A stretch of 64,000 nt of DNA from Opitutales bacterium (GTDB lineage: Bacteria; Verrucomicrobiota; Verrucomicrobiia; Opitutales; UBA2987). Under the pieces are notes generated by a model, which saw nothing but the letters and a program-made list of their open reading frames with translations, did not search any database and was not told the DNA's origin. Of the stretch, positions 1 through 9,218 are shown in pieces. The position numbers and the translations under genes were made by a program. The stretch is from assembly GCA_965226885.1 (NCBI GenBank), contig CBDDEL010000015.1, positions 288,001 through 352,000 of the forward strand, written 5' to 3'. Each line of letters opens with the position of its first letter. Position 1 is the stretch's first letter.

Positions 1-939
1 GCATATTTGCGGTCTTTGCCGGTGAGCAATCCGGTGGTAATCGAGGTCGATCCCCATAAGTCCTACATTGGCAATACGGAGGCCGGCAAAACCTCATTCA
101 ATACTTATTGCGCCGCCTGCCACGGAGAGGAGGGTCGCGGATATTCCGACGGCGTTCCGGGCCCCGGCATTGGGCTGCCCGGTTTTCTGGGAGTGGCCTC
201 CGATGATTTCATTTTTCAAACGCTCAAGCATGGCCGCATCAGAACGCCCATGAAGCCTTTTATTGGTGATCGCGGAGTGGCCAATTTGTCCGTAGAAGAA
301 GCTTCCGACATCATCACCTATTTGAGAAGCCTGCAAACGGTGGAAAAAGGCGCGGTGGCAACTTTTACCGGAGCGGGCGATCCGAATAAAGGAGAGGAAC
401 ATTTCAATATCAACTGCTCGGCTTGCCACCAGTTGGGCGGGGTGGGCAAGATCGGGTTTGCACCCAGCATCCGCAACCGCGATTTTCTGGCCATCGCCTC
501 GAATGATTTCATTAAACAAACAGTGAGTGAGGGACGGCCCGGCACGGCCATGGTGGCTCGGCCCGATTTGAGTGAGAAAATCCTGGCCGACATCATTGCT
601 TATTTGAGGGCTTTACCGGTGGCAAACGAAGTGCGCAATTCCGTCGATTCCAACACCGTCTTCAATGGCGATGAAGAAGCGGGCCAGGGCAAGTTCGAGG
701 TTTTTTGCGCCGCCTGCCACGGCCCCAAGGGCGAAGGATATGCCGCCGGCGGTTCCGGTCCGGGAATCGGGCTGCCCGGTTTCTTAAAAGTCGCCTCCGA
801 CGACTATATTTACCAAACTCTCAAGCATGGCCGGGTGGGAACTCCCATGAAATCCTTTATGGGCTCGGAGGGCGTGGCCAATTTAACCGATCAGGACGTT
901 TACGACATCACCACCTATTTGCGAAGCCTGCCTAATTAA
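1..939 (+). CDS. Multi-heme c-type cytochrome, 5'-partial (frame open from base 1)
   Basis: Three CxxCH motifs (CAACH, CSACH, CAACH), each followed by a distal Met motif (TPM, TAM, TPM); internally repeated domains. Confidence 0.9.
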   Translation, partial: AYLRSLPVSNPVVIEVDPHKSYIGNTEAGKTSFNTYCAACHGEEGRGYSDGVPGPGIGLPGFLGVASDDFIFQTLKHGRIRTPMKPFIGDRGVANLSVEEASDIITYLRSLQTVEKGAVATFTGAGDPNKGEEHFNINCSACHQLGGVGKIGFAPSIRNRDFLAIASNDFIKQTVSEGRPGTAMVARPDLSEKILADIIAYLRALPVANEVRNSVDSNTVFNGDEEAGQGKFEVFCAACHGPKGEGYAAGGSGPGIGLPGFLKVASDDYIYQTLKHGRVGTPMKSFMGSEGVANLTDQDVYDITTYLRSLPN

Positions 940-966
940 AACTGTTAGAAAATTGAGGAAAAAACA

Positions 967-3585
967 ATGAAGAGGCGCTCTTTCATGAAATACACCGCGG
1001 CCACTGCCGCTTTGACCGGGGTTACCAAAACCGGCTGGACCGTGCCGGCTGGAGACGGCCCCTATGAACTGGAAAAGAAGGATGCCGAGACTGATATTCT
1101 TTCCGCCTGCCCCTATTGCGGGGTGGGCTGCGGCACCATCATTAAAACCCGCAACGGCCGTATAACAAACATCGTGCCAGACAAAGATCATCCGACCAAC
1201 AAAGGGCTGCAATGCATCAAGGGCCTCACTTCCGCCGAGGCTATTTATGTCAACCGGCTGGACACGCCGCTGATTCGAAAGGACATGTCCGATCCGCTGC
1301 GGGGCAAGGTTTCGCAGACCAAGGGCTCCTACGATCCGAGCCTGTTTCACAAAACCACTTGGGAAGAAGCCGAAGAGCTGATCGCCGACCAGGTAACGGA
1401 AATTATTCAGGAGACCGGGGGCAACTCGGTCGGGCTCTACGGCTCCGGCCAATTGTCTTTGGAGGGACAATACCTGGAAAATATATTCATGAAGGGGATC
1501 ATAGGTTCCAACACCATTGAGGCCAATGCCCGCATGTGCATGACTTCTGCCGTGACCGGCTATTTCAAGTCCCTCGGTTCTGACACCCCGCCGACTTCCT
1601 ACGATGATATCGAACTGGCAGATATGATAACTTTTTGGGGGCATAACGCGCGGGGCTCTCATCCCATTCTGTTCTGGCGGGTGGCCGATTACAAAGCGAA
1701 AGCGAATATTCCCACGTTGGTGGTGGATCCACGTAGAACGGGCACGGTGCGGGGGCTGGAGGATATCAACCGCTTCAACAGTCACCATTTCTCGACCATC
1801 AACGGCGACATCTCCATCCACAACGCCTTGGCTTACGCCATCATGGAAAAATACCCCGATGCGGTAGCCTGGGATTTCCTTAAAAACTACACCGCCGGCT
1901 GGGAAAAGTATGTCGAAGAGGTCAAGAGCGGCTACAACCCCGAAGATGTCGTAGACCGCACCATGATCCCCCCCGAGAATATTTACGAAGTGGCCAAGCT
2001 GTGGGCCGAAGCCAGCATCAAAGGACGGCGAAGGGGCTCCGGGGGAGTGTTGTCCATTTGGGCCATTGGCTACAACCAACACCTGCACGGCCAGCACAAC
2101 ACCATGGGCCTGGTCAACCTGATGGCTCTGACCGGAAACATCGGCCGACCGGGCTGCGGGCCCCACTCGCAAACCGGCCAGCCCAACGCCATGGGCGAAC
2201 GGCTGACGGGCGGCCTGACCGGGCGACTGCCTTTTAATGAAGGAATTAAAAACGTCAAGCATCGCAAATGGGTGGCCTCCCAATGGGGAATTCAGGAGGC
2301 GCGCCTGGCCCAGGTGGCCGAGATGTCCAATACCGGCATGGCGGTGGGCATGATGGAGCGCGCACTCAAAGGCGAAGTGAAAGCCATGTTCCTCATCTAC
2401 GCCACACACATCGACCTGCCCGACACCTACAACCTGTCACGGCCCGCATTGACCAAAATGTTTACCGTGGTGCAGGAAATTTATCGGGATGCGCCCAATA
2501 ATCTGTATGCCGACGTTATCCTTCCCGCGGCGACATGGGGCGAATGGGTAAGCGGCATCTACGTGCAGTCCGAACGTCGACTCTATGTCTGCGATGGAAC
2601 GGCCAACCCGGTAAAAGGCTGCCGGCCAGACATGGATATGGTCATCGACAAGGGAAAAATGATCGGCCGAAGATTGGGCCTGGACGTCGATAAAATTTTT
2701 CCTTACGAGCGCAAGGAAAACGGTTTTTACGATCCCGAAGAAGTTTTTCGCGATTTTCTGCGCGCCTCCAAAGGCACCGATGCGGACCTGACCGGCATCC
2801 TCGAAGTGGAAAAGGAAACAGGAAAATCGCCCTATGAACAAATCCGCGAACTGCGGGGTATTCAGTGGCCGCCGCCGACCGCGGCCATCGCGCGGGCGGG
2901 CGGCACCAAGCGCCGCTACATGGGGCAGGAGGAATACTGGCCGGGCAAGCCTTATGGGGAATTCCGGCATGCGGATGGCAAGCTACACATCCACATGTGC
3001 CACCAGGATTACACGAATTACAAGGAGATTACGGACGAATTGAGCAAAGCCGGAACCGATCCCGATTATTACATGATCGATCATTACGATATCCTGATAA
3101 AGGCTCGCGACGCGGGCCTCACCCCGGAATTGCCGAATTTCGACCAGCTTGCCAAAAAAGTAGGGGAATGCCCCAAGGACAAATACCCTTTCTGGTGGGC
3201 CACGGGCGTCGTTTATGAGCATTTTCACACCTCGAAAACCATTCGGGCTGGAACGACTCGAAAACTGGTCCCCGAAATGTATGTGGAAATGCATCCCGAC
3301 GATGCAGCGGAACTGGGCGTTAAAGACGGCCAATGGGTCAAGATCACGACCCGGCGCGGCTCGGTTGAGGCGCGGGTCTCGATCGGGCTTGACTCAGTCG
3401 TCAAACCGGCCCGCAACACCGTTCCAAAGGGCTTTTTATTCAGCCCCTGGAATCTTTCTGTGGCCGATTCGGCCGATCCAAAGAAAAACAAATGGCTGGC
3501 AAATGGGACAACCCACAGGGCATTCGATCCGGTATCCGGACAGGCGGATTTTAAAAAATGCGCCGCCCGGGTCGAATTGATCTGA
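967..3585 (+). CDS. Tat-exported molybdopterin oxidoreductase of the nitrate reductase (NapA/NasA) family
   Basis: KRRSFMK twin-arginine signal; CPYCGVGCG...C 4Fe-4S motif; NARMCM Mo-ligand Cys; GQPNAMG; C-terminal molybdopterin-dinucleotide domain. Confidence 0.85.
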   Translation: MKRRSFMKYTAATAALTGVTKTGWTVPAGDGPYELEKKDAETDILSACPYCGVGCGTIIKTRNGRITNIVPDKDHPTNKGLQCIKGLTSAEAIYVNRLDTPLIRKDMSDPLRGKVSQTKGSYDPSLFHKTTWEEAEELIADQVTEIIQETGGNSVGLYGSGQLSLEGQYLENIFMKGIIGSNTIEANARMCMTSAVTGYFKSLGSDTPPTSYDDIELADMITFWGHNARGSHPILFWRVADYKAKANIPTLVVDPRRTGTVRGLEDINRFNSHHFSTINGDISIHNALAYAIMEKYPDAVAWDFLKNYTAGWEKYVEEVKSGYNPEDVVDRTMIPPENIYEVAKLWAEASIKGRRRGSGGVLSIWAIGYNQHLHGQHNTMGLVNLMALTGNIGRPGCGPHSQTGQPNAMGERLTGGLTGRLPFNEGIKNVKHRKWVASQWGIQEARLAQVAEMSNTGMAVGMMERALKGEVKAMFLIYATHIDLPDTYNLSRPALTKMFTVVQEIYRDAPNNLYADVILPAATWGEWVSGIYVQSERRLYVCDGTANPVKGCRPDMDMVIDKGKMIGRRLGLDVDKIFPYERKENGFYDPEEVFRDFLRASKGTDADLTGILEVEKETGKSPYEQIRELRGIQWPPPTAAIARAGGTKRRYMGQEEYWPGKPYGEFRHADGKLHIHMCHQDYTNYKEITDELSKAGTDPDYYMIDHYDILIKARDAGLTPELPNFDQLAKKVGECPKDKYPFWWATGVVYEHFHTSKTIRAGTTRKLVPEMYVEMHPDDAAELGVKDGQWVKITTRRGSVEARVSIGLDSVVKPARNTVPKGFLFSPWNLSVADSADPKKNKWLANGTTHRAFDPVSGQADFKKCAARVELI

Positions 3586-3592
3586 AATAGAT

Positions 3593-4246
3593 GTGCCTCA
3601 GGGTTCTGATGGATTGATTAACATACTAAAAAAGAAAATAAATCGGCAGAATTTTATAAAAACATTTTTGATGGGAGCGGTTATCCCCGTTTTTTTCCCA
3701 TTACTGGAATTACTGCCGAAAGGTTCGCGTTTTAAGAAATTCCTTCGCCCCCCTGGAGCGAAGCCGGAGGAGGAGTTTCTGCGCGACTGCATCGGTTGCG
3801 GGCAGTGCGCCAATGTCTGCCCCAACAAATGCATCACCCTCTACGGTTTGGAGGGAGTCCTGGAAAACCTGGCCACGCCAAAAATCAATGCCCGGGCCAA
3901 GGGGTGCATCCTTTGTATGGCCTGCACCCAAGTCTGCCCAACGGCGGCGCTGGAAAAACTGGAACCCACTCCCGAAGGCATGCAGGCCGTGGCCATGGGA
4001 ACGGCATTTGTTGCGGAGGATATATGTTACTCCTTTGCCGGGCGAACTTGCGGCGTCTGTTACCACGCTTGCCCTCTGCCGGGGAAAGCAATAACCTTGG
4101 GTTTGTTCGAGCAGCCCCATGTACATGCCGAATATTGCGTTGGCTGCGGGCTTTGCGAGCAGGCCTGCGTCCACATGCCCCAAGCCATTCGGGTGGTTCC
4201 CACGGCCCACTTAAGGGAGCTTGAAATGAAGGAGGCTTCTAGCTAA
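3593..4246 (+). CDS. NapG/MauM-like polyferredoxin
   Basis: LRPPGA motif and several CxxCxxCxxxC clusters. Confidence 0.85.
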   Translation: MPQGSDGLINILKKKINRQNFIKTFLMGAVIPVFFPLLELLPKGSRFKKFLRPPGAKPEEEFLRDCIGCGQCANVCPNKCITLYGLEGVLENLATPKINARAKGCILCMACTQVCPTAALEKLEPTPEGMQAVAMGTAFVAEDICYSFAGRTCGVCYHACPLPGKAITLGLFEQPHVHAEYCVGCGLCEQACVHMPQAIRVVPTAHLRELEMKEASS

Positions 4247-4250
4247 AGCG

Positions 4251-5191
4251 ATGAAGCAGGGAAAAATATTGGTGATTCTATCGATTCTAACCCGATTTTC
4301 GGTGATTGGTCTGCTGTGCACCCTGGCTCTGCTGACCGAATACAATAATTTGAAAATCGCCTACAATCATCCCCGGCTCGTTGAATTGAGTTCGGGTAAT
4401 TGAGTTCGGGTAAAACAATGCGTGTCTTTTACGAAGCGACAGAATCCTTTTTCTCACTCTTCGGAGACCCTGCTGAGATGGCACGGCGCAATGGCGGCAT
4501 GACTTGGTCGATCCGACTCATGGGGGTTCCCTTCACCGATCCGGTGGCGGCGCTTTCGGTCCTGACCAAAAGCCGGCGCTGGGAGCTTGGTTTCGCCCTC
4601 GGTCTGGTTGCACCGCTGAGCCTGGCTTTAATTTTCGGACGAGTATTTTGCTCCTATATTTGCCCGGCTTCGCTACTCTTTTTTGCCATTGCCCGGCTGA
4701 GAAGGGTCTTGGGTAAATTTTTCTATTTTCCCGAGGTTTCAATACATCATGGATTTGCCTGGGGGATTCTCTCGGGTGGGTTGGCTGCGGCAGTCTGGCT
4801 GGGGCATGGCCTCTGGTCGCTCATACTGCCTTATTTTGCCCTCGGGCAAACCCTCTTTCAGGGCATCGCCTTCGGTACTTTATCTTTAACCCTCGGCAGT
4901 TTGATCGTCTTTTCGGTTCTCGACCTTGGCCTGGGCCGGCAATTTACCTGCCGCTATGTCTGCCCCACGGGCCGACTGCTGGGTTTTCTTGGCCGAAGGT
5001 CGCTGGTCTCAATCCAGCGCGACGCCCTCCAATGCCTCGACTCCTGCCAAGCCTGTGTTGATGTCTGTCCGATGAAAGTGAACCCAAAAAAGGACGAAAC
5101 CGTAGATTGTTCTCTCTGCGGAGAATGCCTGGTTATCTGCCCCACTCATTGCCTGAGCATTGGCCCGCGCAACCGGAAAACAAACTCATGA
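4251..5191 (+). pseudogene. NapH/MauN-like membrane ferredoxin, frameshifted
   Basis: The ATG 4251 frame ends after a 14-bp tandem duplication (4384-4411); removing one unit joins it to ORF 4400-5191, which has GRVFCSYICP, CRYVCP and two 4Fe-4S motifs. Confidence 0.85.
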
Positions 5192-5811
5192 AAATTACAC
5201 GAAAAACGATCTTATCACTTCTTGCGGCTACTTTATTATTAGCCTTCCCCCTCCCGGCCAAGGCCCACCACTTCAAGGGCTTGCCGCATTATAACTATTT
5301 TGAAAATTATCCGCAGGTTCCGGATGATGAATTCCTGTGACAGGAGGGCGAATATGAGTTTTCACTGGTTGTTTACGATTTCCAGGGCATTCAGAAGGAA
5401 AATGTGGAACAACCCGACAACGTGCGGCTATTCCTGGTTATTTTCAACCTGCTGGGCAACTCTGTTTACAACGGGGCGGCAACCCTCGAAATCCTTGATG
5501 GAAAAGAGGTTGTAGCCTCCAGTTACGAGGAAACTTCGGAATTGGAGAACCTGTATTCGCTGCACCGCAACCTGCCCGGAACGGGCAATTACTCTCTGCG
5601 GGTCACACTGCATGATGAGGATGATTTGGCCACGGTCATTCCTTTCCGGTTGTCCTCGCAAAAAATCCATTGGGGCAAATGGGTGGGACTGGCTATAATC
5701 GGTTTAATCGCCGTGGCAGCAGTGGGGGCCAGAAAAAAAAGGATCGCCCTGGATCGAAGAGCCGGAGCAAAAGCGCGGCGGCAAGACATAAAGGACGCAC
5801 CCCATGGATAA
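5188..5811 (+). pseudogene. Signal-peptide protein with C-terminal membrane anchor, interrupted by an in-frame TGA
   Basis: ATG 5188 overlaps the upstream stop; the same frame continues past TGA 5338-5340 into ORF 5404-5811. Confidence 0.75.
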
Positions 5812-7381
5812 ACATATGAATCATGAAGGTATGGCCATGGACATGTCCATGGCCGAGACCGCTGCGGGAGAAGCTCCCCATGTCATGCCGGGAATACCGC
5901 TCTGGATGGCCATAACGGGCATCGTTTTAATTATAGCGCTTTCTCACCTACTGCTGCTTCGTAAAAAAAACCCGGCCTTGGAACGGGATTTTTGGAAATT
6001 CGACCTATTGCGATTCAAACCGTTGCAGCACCTGGTGGAAAAATCTTATTTCCCCCTGCTGGCCCAATCGCTCTCGGTCTTTCTATTCCTATTGATCCTG
6101 GCGGCAGGTTTATTCGGAAACCCTCGTAACAATATCGCGCCCGCGCTGACCTGGACCTGGTGGTGGGCGCTGCTGATCTTCATGGTCCTCGGTTTTGGCA
6201 AAATTTTTTGCACTATTTGCCCCTGGGAAGCCATCTCCACGATGGTCACTTCGCTCTCCCTGAAATCGAGGGTTAAAAAACTTGGCTACGAGTATCGGTG
6301 GCCCAAATGGGCCCGGAATATATTTCCGGCCATCATCTTTTTCATCGTGTTGACCTGGTTCGAGCTGGGCAACGATATCACCCGCTCCGGGACCGCTACG
6401 GCCACTTTGGGCCTGGTTATGGTGGGCATGGCGGTTATTTCGGCGATTTATTTTGAGAGGCGGGCTTTTTGCCGTTACGGTTGTCTGGTGGGCCGCATCA
6501 GTGGGCTCTACGCTTTGTTCAGCCCTCTCGAGTTGCGGGCCCGGTCGGCAGAGATTTGTGCCAGCTGCACGACCAAAGACTGCTATAAAGGCAATGAAGT
6601 CCACACCGGCTGCCCGACGTTTCTCTTTCCCAGCAAATTGCAGGAAAATACTTACTGCACCCTCTGCACGGAGTGCGTGCGCTCCTGCCCGCATGAAAAT
6701 ATCGGGATCAACCTGCGACCTCTGGCGGCCGATCTTTTTGGCAAAGTGAAATTTCAGTGGGACGAATCCATCCTGGCCGTCGTCCTGCTGGCCTTGACCA
6801 GTTTTCACGGTGTCACCATGACCCCCATGTGGAGGCACCTAAACGACCTTCTGCGGGTGGAAACCAGCCTGGGGCCGACCCTTTGTTTCACCATTCTGAT
6901 GGCGCTGATGCTTTTGCTGCCATTGCTGATTTTTTGGTATGGCGCCAAGGCCGCTTCGGCCCTGACAAGGGATGCGGGTGTTACCACTGCGGATATTTTC
7001 AAGGCCTTTACCTATTCTCTGATACCGCTCGCCCTGTTTTACCATTTGGCGCACAATTCCATGCATTTCTTTCGGGAAGCGCAAAACCTGCTGCCTGTAT
7101 TGAGCGATCCCTTCGGTTACGGCTGGAATCTTTTCGGAACTGCGCACAAGGAATACGGGCCGTTGCTTTCCATGCGAGCCATCTGGTATATGCAACTGGC
7201 ATTCATCTTGATCGGCCATCTTTATGGGGTTCTTATTGCGGATCGTATTGCCAGAACACTATTTAATAACACCAGAGATGTTTTCAGAAGCCTGATCCCT
7301 CTTCTACTGACAATGATCCTCTATTCGGCCTTTAGCATCTGGTTGATTGCCCAGCCCATGGAAATGCGAACCGGAATGTAG
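5804..7381 (+). CDS. Polytopic membrane 4Fe-4S binding protein
   Basis: Many hydrophobic segments; FCTICP, FCRYGC and CTLCTECVRSCP motifs; His/Met-rich N-terminus. Confidence 0.8.
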   Translation: MDKHMNHEGMAMDMSMAETAAGEAPHVMPGIPLWMAITGIVLIIALSHLLLLRKKNPALERDFWKFDLLRFKPLQHLVEKSYFPLLAQSLSVFLFLLILAAGLFGNPRNNIAPALTWTWWWALLIFMVLGFGKIFCTICPWEAISTMVTSLSLKSRVKKLGYEYRWPKWARNIFPAIIFFIVLTWFELGNDITRSGTATATLGLVMVGMAVISAIYFERRAFCRYGCLVGRISGLYALFSPLELRARSAEICASCTTKDCYKGNEVHTGCPTFLFPSKLQENTYCTLCTECVRSCPHENIGINLRPLAADLFGKVKFQWDESILAVVLLALTSFHGVTMTPMWRHLNDLLRVETSLGPTLCFTILMALMLLLPLLIFWYGAKAASALTRDAGVTTADIFKAFTYSLIPLALFYHLAHNSMHFFREAQNLLPVLSDPFGYGWNLFGTAHKEYGPLLSMRAIWYMQLAFILIGHLYGVLIADRIARTLFNNTRDVFRSLIPLLLTMILYSAFSIWLIAQPMEMRTGM

Positions 7382-7395
7382 CTTTTAAGGTCACC

Positions 7396-7971
7396 ATGAA
7401 CACAAAAATCACAAGAAGGCAGCTATTCAGGCTCAGGCTCTCCGATCTTTCGGATCTGGTTTTTGAAAAGGAAGAAGAGAAACGAGAACAAGCGCAAATG
7501 GAAATATTTCGCCCGCCCGGAGCGCTGAAGAAGGAGGCGGACTTTCTGGCTCTTTGCGAAGGCTGCCCGTTGTGCTCGAAAGCCTGCCCCTACGATTCGA
7601 TCCATCATCTCGGGCCCGCCGCCGGCGCTCTGGAGGGAACTCCCGCCCTCGAGCCAAATATATATGCCTGCCGGTGGTGCCCGGATATGCCCTGTATCCA
7701 TTCCTGCCCGACCGGGGCTCTGGCCTTGGACTCCGAAAACAAAATAGCGCCCATGGGAAAGGCAGTCCTCAACCTGGAAACCTGCCTGACGACCGAGGGC
7801 ATTATCTGCGACCGGTGCGCGGTCACCTGCCCCCCAGATATCAAAGCCATTATAATGCACAACCGAAAACCGGTTCTTGACGAAGAAAAATGCGTTGGCT
7901 GCGGCTTGTGCGTTCTTTATTGCGAATCCACCCCTGTTTCCATAAAAATCGTGCCAGCATTAGAACATTAA
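7396..7971 (+). CDS. NapF/NapG-like ferredoxin
   Basis: TRRQLF N-terminus, RPPGA motif, four Cys clusters. Confidence 0.8.
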   Translation: MNTKITRRQLFRLRLSDLSDLVFEKEEEKREQAQMEIFRPPGALKKEADFLALCEGCPLCSKACPYDSIHHLGPAAGALEGTPALEPNIYACRWCPDMPCIHSCPTGALALDSENKIAPMGKAVLNLETCLTTEGIICDRCAVTCPPDIKAIIMHNRKPVLDEEKCVGCGLCVLYCESTPVSIKIVPALEH

Positions 7972-7984
7972 ATCTTGCCCTGAA

Positions 7985-8494
7985 ATGAAATCCACAAACG
8001 TCCAAATCCATGCCATATACCTATCGCTGGGACACGATTTCAAAGGACATTATGGCAAGCCCCGAGGGAACCACCGGATAGATCGCGTCGAAGAGGCGCG
8101 ATTGGTGGCCGGCCAAGGCATCAAGGGTGATCGTTATTTCGGACACAAGGAAAATTTCAAAGGTCAGGCCACTTTTTTTGATTGGTCGGTATTTCAAAAG
8201 GCAAAAGAGCAATTCAATCTTCCGGAATTATTGCCGGAGTCGTTCCGGAGAAATATTTTAATGGAAGGCGTTGATCTCAACGATCTGATAGGCAAGCAAT
8301 TTGAAATTTCGGGAATCCTTTTTGAAGGAACCGAGGAATGCAGCCCCTGTTACTAGATGGACCAGGAAGTGGCCTCGGGCCTGGAGGAATTTATGCAAAA
8401 CCGAGGGGGATTGAGGGTGCGCATCTTGCGGGATGGAATCCTCCACACGGGCCGAACCCGCCTGATTTTACCGGAAACGACCCTCCATCGCTGA
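7985..8494 (+). pseudogene. MOSC-domain protein interrupted by an in-frame TAG
   Basis: GDRY and FRRNI motifs; ECSPCY*MD with the frame continuing through RGGLRVRILRDG to TGA 8492-8494. Confidence 0.85.
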
Positions 8495-8633
8495 CGGTCT
8501 ATCAATAGAGATTCTTTTGTTGTTTTCAAAGGGCCCGGAATTTTGTAAACATTAGCATTTCGACTCAAAAATGGTTGCAAACTTGCAATCATCAATGCAG
8601 TGAACCCCCCGTTGCATGGCAAGAACCTAGCCC

Positions 8634-9215
8634 ATGATTATTTTAATTGCTGAAGACGATCTGCTTTCGCGAAAGCTTCTCACGGCCACCCTGGAAAAAC
8701 TGGGCCACCAGGTTGACTCCTTTGACAACGGAGAAGATGCCTGGAACGCCCACAATAAAATGCCCTATCGGATTATTGTCAGCGACTGGCTCATGCCAAA
8801 GCTGGACGGGCTCGATTTTTGCCGGAAAGTGCGAACCAGGGAAAAGACCGAATACACTTATTTTATACTGCTGTCTGCCAATGTGCAGGGAAAAGAATCC
8901 TACATGGAAGCGATGGAGGCAGGGATCGATGATTTTCTGGCCAAACCCCTTGATAGAGACCAGATATGGATGCGCCTCAGGGTGGCGGAGCGAATATTGA
9001 AGTACTCCACCCAGATTACTCACCTTGAGAGCATGCTGCCAATTTGTTCCTACTGTAAAAAAGTGAGAGATGACAATAACTACTGGCAACAGGTGGAAAC
9101 TTATATCGGCCGGAAAATCGGCGCCAATTTAAGCCATAGCGTTTGCCCTAACTGTTACGAAAAAGTCGTTATACCTCAACTTGAAGAAATGAAGAATTTG
9201 CAAAAAGAGGGCTGA
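8634..9215 (+). CDS. Response regulator with C-terminal Cys-rich domain
   Basis: Receiver domain (AEDD, DWLMP, KP) followed by LPICSYCKKVRDD...HSVCPNC. Confidence 0.9.
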   Translation: MIILIAEDDLLSRKLLTATLEKLGHQVDSFDNGEDAWNAHNKMPYRIIVSDWLMPKLDGLDFCRKVRTREKTEYTYFILLSANVQGKESYMEAMEAGIDDFLAKPLDRDQIWMRLRVAERILKYSTQITHLESMLPICSYCKKVRDDNNYWQQVETYIGRKIGANLSHSVCPNCYEKVVIPQLEEMKNLQKEG

Positions 9216-9218
9216 GGC

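Noticed and set aside
883..2409. 508-aa antisense ORF, and similar ones at 25189-26148 and 54121-55527
   Set aside because: Antisense shadows of well-supported genes with no recognisable motifs
5338..8356. Genome-wide stop-codon reassignment (TGA or TAG)
   Set aside because: TGA and TAG end many full-length genes here (Mo enzyme, clpC, pgsA, coaD); the two internal stops are isolated and fit point mutations
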